DNA of 64,000 bases from Diplonema japonicum (taxonomy: Eukaryota; Protista; Euglenozoa: Diplonemea): the NCBI GenBank assembly GCA_964019335.1, contig OZ025669.1, forward strand, positions 248,001 through 312,000. Direction: 5' to 3'. Made by a program: the position numbers and the translations under genes. Positions 45,604 through 57,711 of this stretch are shown piece after piece (within the stretch, counting starts at the first letter, position 1; each line of letters opens with the position of its first letter). The notes under the pieces were generated by a model that worked only from the letters and a program-made list of their open reading frames with translations, did not search any database and was not told the origin of the DNA.

Positions 45604-45640
45604 AAAAAAAAAAAAAAAAAAAAAAGGGAAAAAAAAATCT

Positions 45641-47223
45641 CTAGTGACGCGACGGCTTAGGAGTGCTGGTAGGTGTGGAGGTGTTCCAGTTAATAGCCTG
45701 TTTTTTGTTTTTTTTTTCTTCTTTTTTTGTTATCTTCATACCGCGACATCAGAGTTGGCACTTTGCTGTCTCTTGACCTCAGCCTTCATACGCTGAAGGG
45801 TTTGAGCCAGATGCTCAGCTTGCTCCTCGAGTTTTCGGTTTTCAGCCTCGAACTGCTCAGCCTGGCCTCTTTCGTAGCAAATTTTGTACTCCAACTGACG
45901 TTTTGTCCTCTGGAAGTCGGACTGGACCTTGGTAATGTCACCTTCAAGCCTCCTGACCTTCATCTTCTCCTCTTCCTTGTTATCCCTCAGAGTACCTTCG
46001 TCAACCGGGCCATCAGGCTTCTTCTTTGCTTTAATCTTTGGAACAGGGTCAGCCGCAACCGCACTGTATATTTTTTTTAAATTTTTGTTTTTTTTGGGGG
46101 GGGGGTCAAAAATGCATACCCCGTTTTCTCCTTCGCCTCCTTCTTCTTTCTCATGGAGCCGGTGCCTGTAGTCTGGACGGTGATCTGCTCCCTGATGCCT
46201 CGTGTGCTCTGGAAAAGGAGGTTTTTTTTTTTCTTTTCTTTTTTTTTTTTTCCCCTTCTTTTGAGTATTTTATTTTTCATTACCTTTCTGTCGATCTTCC
46301 TGTCCTTCATGTCCCTAAGTGTCTTCTGGGATTTCCAGTGTAGGCACTCTGCCTGCGCCTCGTTCTCTTGACGCAGTTTTTCGACCTGTTTGTTTTTTTT
46401 TTTCTTCTTTTTTTTCTTTCTTTCTTTCTTTCTTTTTTTCTCTTTTTTTACCTTGTCCATCACATCTTCCCTCTCCCTTTGGCATTGCTGCACTACCTGC
46501 AGAATCTCGGTATCCTTTTGTATCATAGCTTTTCGGAGTTTTTCATCGGATTCAACCTGGGGTGGGTAAAAAGAAAGTTTATTTATTTATTTATTTCTCC
46601 CCTCTTCTCCCATGTACCTGCAGCTCCTGTTCCCTCTCCTTCTTCATCACGATGATCTGGCAGATCTCACGGAGCTGTCTCTCGTTGTTACTGATGTCGG
46701 CCTCCCTCTCTTTGGTCAGCTCTTGGACGGTCTGGAGGGCCTTGTACGGGGCGGGGTCACCCGACTCATGCTCGTCAGAGAGAGTCAGCTTGTCGATGAG
46801 ATTGCGCTGAAGGGAGGCAACGATTTGCAGCATCTCAGAGCAGAAGTCCTCCTTCTGCTTTTTAAGCCTCATGTGTTTAAGGGATTCCTCACGGAGTGAA
46901 GCGTCCAGCTTGCTGAGCTTCTCCTCCTGTTCTTCGTGCTGCTTTTCCGCGAGCTCTATTTCGAGCATCAGCTGTTCCTTCTTCTGCACCAACGGCACCC
47001 CGCTTGTCGTCATTGTTTTCTTCGTCTCTGTCTCAGCCTCTGCCCTTGCCCTCTCCTTGTCCTCCTCTGCCTTCTTTAATCTCTCCTCTGCGGCCCTCAG
47101 CGGGCTCCCTGAGTCTTGCCTCTTCTGCAGCTCTAGTTTCTTCTCCTTTCTTCTAATACTCGCCTCCTTCTCCTTGATGAGGTTCCTGAGATGCTCTATC
47201 TCCATCTCCTTCGAGTTCGACAT
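45641..47223 (-). CDS. Coiled-coil protein with several A-rich introns
   Basis: Starts MSNSKEMEIE; GC-rich exons separated by GT...AG A-rich segments. Confidence 0.7.
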
Positions 47224-47278
47224 GGTAACGGTCGCCCTGCCTGTGAATGGGGGTGGGGGGGTGTGATTTTTTTTTTTT

Positions 47279-48911
47279 GAGAAAACTGCTAACTTGACCC
47301 CTAAGTTTGAGAAATGTCCAAAAGCCACCCCCTTAGTTTGAGAAATGTTCAAGGTCTATCTTTAAAGAGGAAAAAGTTTCTGATCCGGTCCCCGAGGTTT
47401 CTTAAATCTCTGTGTAGTACCCCAAATCTTCAAAAAAACTCATACTCGACCCCTAGGTTTTAAAATGCTTGAATTCGGTCCCCTTAGTTTCATAAATGCT
47501 CAAAGTAGACCCCCTTGGTTTTCAAAATGTTAAAATCCGGACCCCTTAGTTTCGGAAATACACAACCTGGGCCCCCTAGGTTTCGAAAATGCCCAATCTG
47601 GGCCCCCTAAGTTTCCAGAATGCCCAACCTGGGCCCCCTATGTTTCATAAATGCTCAACAACATTTTTTCACCCCAACATTTCCTACAGCTCTTTTTCCC
47701 ATCATTATATCACAAAAACCAATCCTTTTAAAATGCCTACAACCCAGTCAAAGATTGTTGCTGATGCGGTGTTCTCAGACATGGCTGAGGCGTGAAGAGA
47801 GGCCTTCTCGGACTGCTACAAGAGCGGTCGGGTGTTTAGCACTGTGAAAACCATCAGCGAAAATGTGGTGCTTGCCTGCTGCACTGAAGACTGCCAATGG
47901 TGGTGTTCCGGAATAAAGAAGGGGGGCACATGTAACATGCCCCCATACCTGCACCCTATCCAACCATGGAAAGAAGGCACCAGTTGGCATTGCTGATTGG
48001 GTTGCAAGAATGCTTCGGGACAAGGTGGAGAAATCCTCCGGTTAAGGGCCGACCCAGGCGATGACTGACATACGGGTCTTCAGGGAGGCGGCATTGGACT
48101 TTCCTCTGCTAGGAGGGCTAGGGAGACTCTTTTCGGATCAGCATCCAGTGCCTATATGAAGCTCTCCCCATACTTCGATGACCTGAAGGCAATCAACCCT
48201 GGCACCTTTTTTGACATCGAGAGGGACTCAGGGTCCCGCTTCAAGTGCTGTTTTTTTGCCTTCGCCCCCTCAGTCAACGGTTTCACTTATGTGAAGCCCA
48301 TAATTTCGATGGAACACACCTGGGTGACTTTGGGGGGGTTCTGCTTCAAAAGGTGTAGGGAGGAATAAGAAGAGGATCCCCAGCAAGAGCGAAAGGAAGA
48401 ATGCCTGCAGTCGTTGTGGCATTCTTGGCCACAAGACTTCGATGTGCACCAACCCTCCTGGTCCTCTCAAGAAGCAAAGGTTTTCTTTTAAATGCTGTAA
48501 TCTTTTACACAGGAAGACACCTTTGACGCAGCCCTCTAAGAAGTAGCCTTGGTTACCTGGGCTGTCTTTTTCTTTTCCTTTCAAGTTGCCTATTGTTAAG
48601 GAACATGCATGCGCACAACCTTGTTGAGCGTTAATGAAACTTAGGGGACCCAATCGGGTTATTTGTGAAACTAAGGGGGGTTTTTTTGAGCATTTTGAAA
48701 ACTAGGGGGGTTGACTTTGAGCGATTTCCCGCCGTAGGGGCCTAGTTAGGGCATTTGAAAACCTGAGGGGGCGGACTTTGAACACTTTGGAAACTTAGGG
48801 GGCGGGATTTGAGCGTTTTGAAGACTTAGGGGGTGGACTTTGAGCATTTTGGAAACTTAGGGGTCGGAATTTAAGCATTTCGAAAACTTAGGGGTCAAGT
48901 TAGGACTCTTC

Positions 48912-48913
<2 letters not shown>
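47279..48913 (+). mobile_element. Internally deleted Mutator/Foldback-like element (1.6 kb)
   Basis: TIRs g(a/g)gaa...ctaacttgacccctaagttt; ~30-bp inverted tandem subterminal repeats; T-run on both flanks; transposase remnants LKAINPGT...RFKCCFFAF...KPIIS and the knuckle CSRCGILGHKTSMC. Confidence 0.9.
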
Positions 48914-48945
<32 letters not shown>

Positions 48946-49111
48946 TTTTTTACGTTTCGTAGAAAAGGAATTCAAAAATACACTGATGTCGCATCCACTT
49001 CACTTTTTTTTTTCCTTTTTTTTTTTTAGAGTCATAGGAGAAGGCATTTTTTTTTTTTGCCGGAGAGAAAAAAAAAAAAAGAAAAGAAAAGTAGTAAAGG
49101 CGGGATGTGAC

Positions 49112-50398
49112 TCAATATTCATGTTTAGGCTTGTGGTTGGCAGCCCTCAAATCAAGGATAATAGATTTTTTCTTTCGTGCAGGCCCCGCTGCAGGGGCTG
49201 AAACGGCGGCGGGCTTGTCCTTGCGCTTTCTTTTCGGGGGGGCACTGGCGGTGCTTTCCTGCGAGGGAGTTGGAGTGGCGGCTTTCTCCTTGCGCTTTCG
49301 TGTGGGCTTTTTGGGGGGGTCGGAGGGCGCCCGGAGAACAAGGGAAGCACCAGTGGGCGGGATGCTAGATGCTGTGAGCAACAGGGATGTCGCGAAATCC
49401 TCCCCATCACTACTGTGCATGGAGAGCGACGAGTCATCATCGAAGGAGTTGTCATCACTTGGGGAGTCTCCCCATTGGGCGAGAGTTTCAATTGATTTAT
49501 TTGACGCAATGGAAGTTTTGCAAGTGGCTTCCTCTTCGTCAAGGCAGGTGTTCCAGCTATCGACGGCAGCGTCCATGGACCCAAGTGTTCCTTGCATTTT
49601 TTTAAGGTTTGTGAGGACTTCTCTGAGGTATTTTCTCTTCACGTTTGTTACGTTTTCGGGCTTGAACCAGTCTTCCAGGCCTTTTCGGAACCAGTACCGA
49701 GGCCTGACTTCGATGATCTTCGCTGTGTTGCCTTTGATGAGAAGCTCGAGGTAGTGCAGTAGAAACACACCGCAGTCGAAGCTGTTCTCCTGCCTCGGGA
49801 CCCTCGCGCGGAGGACGGGGAGGTCAGCGAGCATTTTCTGCGACATCTTGTCTGCGTTCAAGTTCTTCGTGTTGAAATTGGCTTCCGCAAGCTCCTTGAT
49901 CCATTTTGTTGCCAAAAATCGTGTGATCACCGGTACCAGTGCTTTGTTTGACCGCCGGATGCTGTCAATGGACACAATGAGCGGTGGGACGTTTTTGTTG
50001 GTTTTTAAATTGTCCAGTTTTGCAAACCCTGGGGTGTTTAGCCGAAACCATTCTGAGATGTTAAGTATGGCGACGAGGGACCAATGCGAGTCGTTGTGCA
50101 CAGGGATTATCAGCCAGCGGTAGGATAGGATTTTGGTGTTTTTATACCATCTGCATGCCTGCTCGACCCCTCCCGTCGCCTTGGACTCGCCCTTCTCCGT
50201 CTTCGTAACCTGCCGCATCTTTGTGAAAAACTGCGTCCCCGCGATGAAGATGTCCCTGCAGGTCTTCCCACAGCGTTTCATCAACAAGGCTATATACGCA
50301 TTTATAATCTGATCATTAACATACGCTCCATTGGCAAGGGTGAGAAGGTCCGCCTTCGTCACCATGAAGCCATCGATTTGAAGGACTTGCTCCTTCAT
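49112..50398 (-). CDS. Ulp1/SENP (C48) SUMO protease
   Basis: VNDQIINAY, TQFF, IPVHNDSHWSL, IDS and QENSFDCGVF give an intact His-Asp-Cys triad; basic NLS-like tail. Start uncertain. Confidence 0.9.
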   Translation of the reverse strand: MKEQVLQIDGFMVTKADLLTLANGAYVNDQIINAYIALLMKRCGKTCRDIFIAGTQFFTKMRQVTKTEKGESKATGGVEQACRWYKNTKILSYRWLIIPVHNDSHWSLVAILNISEWFRLNTPGFAKLDNLKTNKNVPPLIVSIDSIRRSNKALVPVITRFLATKWIKELAEANFNTKNLNADKMSQKMLADLPVLRARVPRQENSFDCGVFLLHYLELLIKGNTAKIIEVRPRYWFRKGLEDWFKPENVTNVKRKYLREVLTNLKKMQGTLGSMDAAVDSWNTCLDEEEATCKTSIASNKSIETLAQWGDSPSDDNSFDDDSSLSMHSSDGEDFATSLLLTASSIPPTGASLVLRAPSDPPKKPTRKRKEKAATPTPSQESTASAPPKRKRKDKPAAVSAPAAGPARKKKSIILDLRAANHKPKHEY

Positions 50399-50542
50399 TG
50401 CCCTGTGGTTTTTACGATTTCTTCTTTTTTTTGTTGTAAAACACAAAAAAAAAAAAAAAAAAAAAAAGATTGATTTCATCAACATCCTCTGGAAAGAGGT
50501 ATTCATTCTTTGCGTTTTCTTTCTTTTTTTTTTTTTTTTGTC

Positions 50543-51881
50543 TCACAACGTGATCACCCCCACGTTGCTCTTTCTGGAATAGATGCTATTTCCTTGCCCG
50601 TAGTACAGGAGCCTATCGCCCTCTTTGTTGTCAGCTGTCGTGCAAGATGAGATCTTTAAGGGTGGGTGTTGTTAAAAGAATAAGAATGATGAAACAAACC
50701 TCAGTGCCCTCTGCCAGTGTTGCAATGCACGTCATCTTTCTTACCTCGTGGACTGGAACGTCCCATATTTTAACGTCGGTAAGCAAGTCTGTCTGCCCTT
50801 TTGCTTTTTGGTGAATAGATTCAACCTTCTCTTTCAACCCCAGGTCCAATGTCTCCACTATCGTCTTGAGCTTCTCGGCGAGTTCCTCCGTGAGTTCTTG
50901 TTCCTCACCCTGATTGGTTTCTTCTTCCTCTTCTTCCTTCCCGTCCCCGTCTTCTGCGGTTGGAGGTTCTTTTTTAGGAATCTCTGATCTGATTGAAGCG
51001 GTTTGTTTCTTGACCGAGATTCTATGTTTTTTTTCCGCTCGCTTGACAGATCCTTCTGTTTCCGTCTCGATGCGCTTCTGAGCTGAAGATAAGAGCTTTG
51101 CTGCAGTAGCAAGATGGTCTGATGTTGAATCGAGTAAGTCTTTACAGTGGAGCTGCAAAAGGCGCCCGTTAGAGGTACTCAGGAACAGCTGCGTCCCCCG
51201 TCCAGCTGCCGATGACACCATCTCATCAATTCTAAAGGTGGCCTGGTGCACGATGGTGGGAGGTTCCGCCTCCACCATCTGCCATAAACGGACAGTCCCA
51301 TCACGCGATGAGGAGAGCAATGAGTTGCCAAAGATGTGGAGGTGCTTGACATGCCCCGTGTGTCCTCTTAGAACCCTGATGGCAGTGCCTGAAGGAAGCT
51401 CCCACTGTCTTATCGATTGGTCGTGCGAGGTGCTGAAAAATGACGCGTCGTGCTGCACGAGGCTTGAGACAGCATCGGAGTGGCCTTTTAAGATGTTGGC
51501 TTGTGGTGCAGCATCGCCTTCCCCTGCGCCCCATAGCCCGATTCCACCTTCGTCTCCTCCAGTGGTCACTGTTTCGTTCAGCAATGCCACGCACCTCACT
51601 GCGGTGTGGGCGCCTTCGTATGTCTTTGTGACAGTACCGTCCGATGCACAGTGGACTAGACGCCCGTCGCTTCCTCCAGAGTACACGTCGCCAGACTCAC
51701 TCACCAATAGACACAGAACGCCTCCCTTGTGGCCTCCATATGTTTTATCGTAAAGGACTCCTTCGTTAGTCCATTTTCTCACTAGGCCGTCGCTGCAGGC
51801 GGCGTATATGGTCCTTGTCCCATCCCCAGAGGCGGGGTGCACCGCTACTGCTTTGATTGGTGAGGGGGATGTAAATTGCAT
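50543..51881 (-). CDS. WD40-repeat protein with a helical insert (1 intron)
   Basis: Multiple GH...WD-like repeats; an intron near 50655-50700 restores the last strands. Confidence 0.85.
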
Positions 51882-51971
51882 TTACTTTTTCTTACTTTCC
51901 CCCTCCTTTTGTGAAAGCGTGTTTAAAAAAAAAAAAAAGAGGGAAAGGTTGTTCAGAGAGGATAAAAGAAA

Positions 51972-53390
51972 TTATTGCAGTGTAAATATCTTTTGTTCGG
52001 CTAGAGAGCGTCCCAGCGGCGAGGTCTCGAACATAACGGCGAACTCCTTGAGGGAAAGCTTGCCGTCGTGCGAGGTGTCTAACGATCGGAACGCGGTTTC
52101 AGACGTACGTTGGATGACCTCTGAAGGAGGCGGGTTCCCGCCGACACCCCAGTAAAGCTCCTCCGCAAGCCTCGTGAACTCCTGCAGCGACAACTTGCCA
52201 GACCGGTTCTTGTCGTACTTGTTGAACGAATCGCAGATGACCTGTGACAGCTTGGGGCCTGGTTGATACCCGCTTGTAAAAGAGGGCAGCAACTGTTCAG
52301 GGGTGATGCCTGCAACGATCCTGGTGCACAACGTGTCAGGACACTGCTGGATAATACCAGCATTTCCGTGCATGTAAGGGAGCAGTGCGTCAATGTCCCC
52401 CGCAGAGCTGTCTTCAATACCAAGACCCCCAAATGACCACCCTGTCGACGCTCGTGTGATCTTGGCAAGAACGCACCCCACGGCATCTGACGAGGCAACA
52501 GCCGAGAGATCTAAAAGATACTCTTGCGTGTGTTTGGGGGAGAAGCAGGCGTCTCGTGATGACACAAGACACGCCAAAGAATCTATTTTGTGGAGGCTGC
52601 CCATCGACACGAAAAACAGGCTTTTCACCTCGACAGGAAGCTCGCTCAAGTGGACGGATATGGTGCTGTACCCGCCTGTGCTGTCGTCGATGCTTAACGC
52701 GTGCACGATACATGCGTAGCGTTGCTTCGTGCAGAACCACCTCCGGTTCATCGTCACCGCACTGAAGTACTCCACCCCCAAGGGCCCTCCTAGCACAACG
52801 CAGGAGATGTTCAAAGGAGACAGTCCCCCATGTCTTACTTCAACCTCTATGACGTCCAAAGGTTCGCCTTCCGGTGTGTTCGCCCACAAGGGGTGGAACC
52901 CGTCCTGAATGGTGATCGTCCTCACGTCTGGGCAGTAGTATGCTTCCTGGTCTCCCACAGGGCGTGCAGGGCCCATTAAGGGTTTCCGGATTTGCGACAA
53001 ATAGTGACCCCGAGTCGGGTCCATGTGGTACCCGGAGTACGTCTTGTACGTGAGCAGCTGTTCCTTTGCAGAGAGCATTGCCGATGGTTTGCTCACCACC
53101 TCGGACCATGGTAAAGGAGGCAGTCCTTGAGCCGCTGCCGTCTCGCCGCCTAGGGCTGTCTCGCTTTCGTTGACGTCCCGCTTCGAGTACCTCCCTTCCA
53201 AGGACAGCGGGCCGTACCCCGACACCTTGACCAGGTACCGTGCGGTGACCTCATCGATGGGGACCGCTTTAGCAACCTCGACCTTTTTTTCCCACATCTT
53301 GCTGGACTCCCACTGAAGGGCCGCGACCATACAGGACCGGCCAGGAGGGACCGCGGGGGGGCCATCCAGCATCACCTCGGATTCAATCAT
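51972..53390 (-). CDS. TerD-like domain plus a C-terminal EF-hand pair
   Basis: ISVHLSELPVEVKSLFFV and LAKITRASTGWSFGGLG; EF loops DKNRSGKLSLQE and DTSHDGKLSLKE. Confidence 0.75.
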   Translation of the reverse strand: MIESEVMLDGPPAVPPGRSCMVAALQWESSKMWEKKVEVAKAVPIDEVTARYLVKVSGYGPLSLEGRYSKRDVNESETALGGETAAAQGLPPLPWSEVVSKPSAMLSAKEQLLTYKTYSGYHMDPTRGHYLSQIRKPLMGPARPVGDQEAYYCPDVRTITIQDGFHPLWANTPEGEPLDVIEVEVRHGGLSPLNISCVVLGGPLGVEYFSAVTMNRRWFCTKQRYACIVHALSIDDSTGGYSTISVHLSELPVEVKSLFFVSMGSLHKIDSLACLVSSRDACFSPKHTQEYLLDLSAVASSDAVGCVLAKITRASTGWSFGGLGIEDSSAGDIDALLPYMHGNAGIIQQCPDTLCTRIVAGITPEQLLPSFTSGYQPGPKLSQVICDSFNKYDKNRSGKLSLQEFTRLAEELYWGVGGNPPPSEVIQRTSETAFRSLDTSHDGKLSLKEFAVMFETSPLGRSLAEQKIFTLQ

Positions 53391-53555
53391 TTTCTTTTTT
53401 TTTTCTTTCCCGCACGTCTTTCTTCGTGGAGTACGACTTGGAAGTGAAGAACACAATAAAAGCGACAGGTAAGGTTAATATTAACAAAACAAGGGGGGGA
53501 GATGGGAGGGGGAGATAAAAAAAAAAAAAAAAACAAAACAAAAAAAAGAGGAAAT

Positions 53556-54074
53556 CTAGTGATTAAAAGCCACAGCTCCGTAAAATTGCCGTGGGTCGTC
53601 TCGTGGGGTCGAAGAAGAGACATGGGAAGGCGCGGACGGCCTTGGGAAAGGAAAGGACACAGCACGACGCGGAGAGGCCAAGAAGGAACGGGGCGGGGAG
53701 ATTCCCCGTGGCTCGGTGGGGGGCTCAGGGGAGGTCCTAGCTGTTCGGAGGGATGTTCTGCGTCGTTCCCGTGCCAAGAGGTGGCGTCGCGAGCTGTTGC
53801 TGGTTGTGCTCAAGGAGTCCTTCGTGGCTTTTGCTTGGTCGTCCACTGCTATTAGAAGTCTGAGCTTGTTGAGCTCGTCCTCAGCCGCCACCCGTTTCTT
53901 CTTCTCCTCCTCAAGCTGTTCCTTCATGTTTTGCAATAGCGTTCCTGAACGCACTTCAGAAATCGTTTTACCTCCGTCCTCTCTTGCCTTGTACTTATCC
54001 ACAGCACTGGGCACCACTAGCCTCGCGTGGTGCCGGGTCAGCTCAGCATTCTCGTTGTAGATATTCAGCATCAT
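53556..54074 (-). CDS. Small coiled-coil / Ser-Pro-rich hypothetical protein
   Basis: Coding-like GC island, 172 aa from MMLNIYNE. Confidence 0.55.
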   Translation of the reverse strand: MMLNIYNENAELTRHHARLVVPSAVDKYKAREDGGKTISEVRSGTLLQNMKEQLEEEKKKRVAAEDELNKLRLLIAVDDQAKATKDSLSTTSNSSRRHLLARERRRTSLRTARTSPEPPTEPRGISPPRSFLASPRRAVSFPFPRPSAPSHVSSSTPRDDPRQFYGAVAFNH

Positions 54075-54138
54075 TTCATTTCTTTTTTTTCTTCCCCCCC
54101 CTCTTTTTTTTAAAAAATAAAACGAGAGAATATAATAA

Positions 54139-54758
54139 CAGGGCCCCCGGTTCAAAATGGGGTTTTTTCCGATAGACCTGCTATACTTTTTGGCCGATTT
54201 ACTGTTGCACCCTCTTCCACACTTTATCCTTTGCCTCTTTGCCAAGTTCTATGGAGGGCTGATTGCCTAAGTGGTGAAGCAACGGCTCGACCAACTGCTT
54301 AGCTGTTTCGATTTCGGGCCTGTCCCCTGCATAGATTTTATGGTCAAGATCGAATAAACCGGCAGCTTGCAACTCCGGCTGCGACGCTGACCGCTGCTTC
54401 ACGTTGCCCATCAGAGCGCCGAAGTACGGTTTGTGTACCTTTTCGTGGTACAGACTGGATGCCGTGGAACTGAGTTGGACCCCGTGGGACATGAGCTGAC
54501 GATTCAGCTTCATGATTGCTCCATCAAGCAACCCGTTCACAGAACCGATGGAGAGAGAACTCTTCTGCAGTTTGTTGTTCAGTGCAGGCAATGCAACGCG
54601 GACTAAAACTTCCTCACAAAAGGGGCAACCCCTACCCCCCCGTGGGCCTACCGCAGGCACAAGAAATTCGCCGGTCTACGTAAACCGGCGACGTTTTCAA
54701 AAAAAAAATTGCTTAGACCGGCGATCGCCGGTCTATCCCCACCTTACCGGGGGGCCTG
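54139..54758 (-). mobile_element. Internally deleted hAT-like element
   Basis: TIRs cagggcccccggt / caggccccccggt. Internal LNNKLQ...YFGALMGNVKQR...AAGLFD resembles the hAT insertion-domain helices. The TSD is imperfect. Confidence 0.65.
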
Positions 54759-54772
54759 ATAAAAATAAATAA

Positions 54773-56436
54773 CCCCTAAAGGCCCGGAGCCTATCTACGG
54801 TACCCCCCCATTTTTGTTGTTGCTTTAAATACTCAAAAAAAGGGCAGCATGCAACCATAGGAAGGTGCAAGGAAAGGTTAAACGGTACTAAAATTTTCAA
54901 TTCCAGGTGCCAGATTCTGATGAGAACACTTAACTATGTGTGTAAGAGGGGGGTTGAGGTTGAGGGGGTACTTTTTATGTCCGATTTTGGGGGGTCTTGT
55001 CGTGGGGGTCCGTGGAGTTATGGCTGGGCTAAAAAGGGCAGCATTCAGCATTATTTGGTGCCCTGAACTCTAGGATTGAGGTCAGTCTGGAGACTTTTTG
55101 GGGCTGTGGGATGAAAAAAGCAACTTGTCACCTTCGTTCCGTTCATCATGGTCTCGGAGGTGTGATTTAGGGTCAAATCGAGACGTTTTGGGTATTTCTG
55201 AGTGAGGGAATCCTCATTGCTAGCGTGTTTGCGCTTGGGGGTCGGTGACGGTGTTGTCGGGGGGTGTGTGCTATTGGTTTTTGGGGCATGGGTGAGAAGC
55301 TTGCCAACAAGTTCTTCTTTGAAGCTCGGGAAGCCATAATTTTTGCCACATTCCCTGCTCTTCTTCCAGATTATGGAGGAGTTGGCAACACAGCTTTCCA
55401 GGACCCAATAAAAAACGACCATGGTCCACTTCCGGGTTTTCATATGCCGAACTCCAGTCCCCTGGAGCTGGTCTTGCCGGTCAGGGGTCGACAGCAAACC
55501 CTTAGGAGTCGACAGTACGCATGACTAGGTCCTGTGTTGTGGACTTCTTGCTGAAAATGTTGAAATTCGCCGTTTTAACCGTTTTGTGAGTCGCATGTAG
55601 CGATTACCTTGATGCCCACCGAGTTGCTTTTTCGTGGTGCCATGACTTTTATTGTTGTCGGGATAACACTGTCGTCAACAGACAACCACTTGCCAGGGGT
55701 CCGCACAGTCCTACACCGGTTGACAATGATGTCAAGAAACCTGCACACGAGGTGCAGTTTCAGGCCTTCCAAATGTTTTACAGGTTGTCAAAGTTGAGGT
55801 AGCGCTGTATGTCAACGAATCGGTTTGCTCATTTTCTTAAAAGCCGGGATGGTTAAATTAGAATTTGTTGTCCAGTAGCTCTTCATGTTCGGTGCCGAGC
55901 GTAAACCCATTAACAGGACCAACCCAAGCCAAATTTTGTACTCTGGGATGGAAAGATTCAGATTCCGCTGTTTTTTTTTGAATCGAAACGACCGTTCGTG
56001 GAAGAAACTATGAGCTCAAGGACCGCGTGTGCAAAAAAAAGATTAAAAACACCCTCCTCATTGGCCGCTTCACCTAGAGGTGTCGTAAGCCCACCTTTTC
56101 ACGGAAATGATATGTTTTGGGCCTTTGGGGGTATTTCTCCCACCCAAGCATCGTTTCCGGCCCCTCTTTGACCGCCTCATCGTCTTTTTCTTCTTTATCT
56201 GACAGTTGGGAGACCTCACGTTTTCGCTGCTATTTTGGCCATCTGTTTTCATTTTAAGCCAACCCTGCCGGTTTCAATTAAAACAAAACTTTTAACGCAA
56301 AATGTAGTTCCAAGACAAAATAAACCGCGCAACAATGCCATATTTTGAAGTCCAGGGGCCGTGTTCAAAAGAAAGTACTTAGCGAAAAAGCAAATTTTGA
56401 AATAAGGACAAAAACGTCCGCGCGGGCCTTTAGGGG
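54773..56436 (-). mobile_element. Degenerate piggyBac element with ATAA target duplication
   Basis: 14-bp TIR cccctaaaggcccg; ATAA on both sides; broken transposase with WLGLVLLMG..SYW, LSVDDSV..GIKVIATCDSQNG and RKWTMVVFYWVLESCVANS. Confidence 0.9.
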
Positions 56437-56986
56437 ATAAATAAAAAAAAAAAACAGAAAAATAAAATAAATATATAAGGAGAAAGGGCAAAAAATGGAA
56501 AATAATATATAAAAAAAAAAAAACGAGAGAAAGGTATGGAAGAAAAAAAGAAAAAAGAAATTGGGGGGGGGAGGAAAAAAACAAGGGGGAGATGGTTTCT
56601 CGCCTCTTGGGCATATAGTGCGTAACGCGAAATAAAAGAGATTTTCCCCATTCTTCGGTTCATGAAGTTCTGGCGAAAAACTGATTTGCGTGCGCGCTCT
56701 GCCTTGGGGGGAGGAGGGGTAAATAAAAGAAAAAAAAATCGTTTCTGCCCGTCTTAAAGACCATCACATGTAAAACTTTGGCCATAATCTTCTTTTTTCC
56801 AAAAGACGAAGGATGGGGGAGGTCAGGCGCGTGCTTGAGAAGGAAAAAAAAAAAAAAAGAGATGAAAAAAAAATTGGCTCAGTAGAACACTAAACACAAA
56901 ATTTCTCATTTTTTTCTTTTTTTTCCACTCCCCCTTTTTTGTATTGCCCAAGGAAATTTCTCTAAAAATGGACTTGCCTTTGTTTG

Positions 56987-57028
56987 TGCGCACGAGCGGA
57001 ATTTACCTAATAAAATAGCTCATTACGC
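56987..57028. repeat. ~45-nt dispersed hairpin (copy 2)
   Basis: Matches 12755-12799. Confidence 0.75.
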
Positions 57029-57670
57029 TGCCATCAACTAGTTTTTAGTCTCGACAATAATATTGCTAAAACAAAAAAGAGGGGTTTGAGTTTTAAAGCA
57101 CTTGACTCAATAGTGCGCTGTTCTCTTTTCCCGACTTTTTTTTTCCCCCCTTTTTTCTTTTTTTTTTTTTCTCACAAATAAAAAACTGGCATGAAATTTA
57201 TTTCGGAAGGAAAAAGAAAAGAGAAAAAAAAGACCCCAATTTTCTATTCTGGATCTTGTTTAACTGTAAGTTGGTATGCCACTTTTTTTTTTTTTTTTTT
57301 TTTTTGCGAGATGGGGTATCAAAAAGAAAACAAAAATCCTTGGTAAAAAAAAAAAAAGAGGTTTTACATCGAGCGAAAACAATAAAGGGAGGCATACTTG
57401 AACGTGAAGGGAACTTACATTGATGGGGAAAGCTAGCAACGACCCACCAGAAGAAGAAAAAGAGCAAGGGGTAGAATCTTGGGGGGGGGAGGGAGGGAGG
57501 GGGGCATGAGGGAGAATGTTCCTTAGTTGTCATCTTTCTCCCTGTTCTTTTTTTTTCTTTTTAGGGGGCTTCTTTGTGTCTTCCTTTGCGGTTGAATAGA
57601 AAAAAAAAATTCATTTCCCTGGGCAAACAGTTGTTTTGTCCCTGTATCTCACCTCAATCTCTCTCTCTCT

Positions 57671-57711
<41 letters not shown>

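Noticed and set aside
49112-50398. Ulp1 protease as Mutator cargo (Kaonashi-like)
   Set aside because: It lies ~200 nt outside the right TIR at 48913 and is co-oriented with the host genes.
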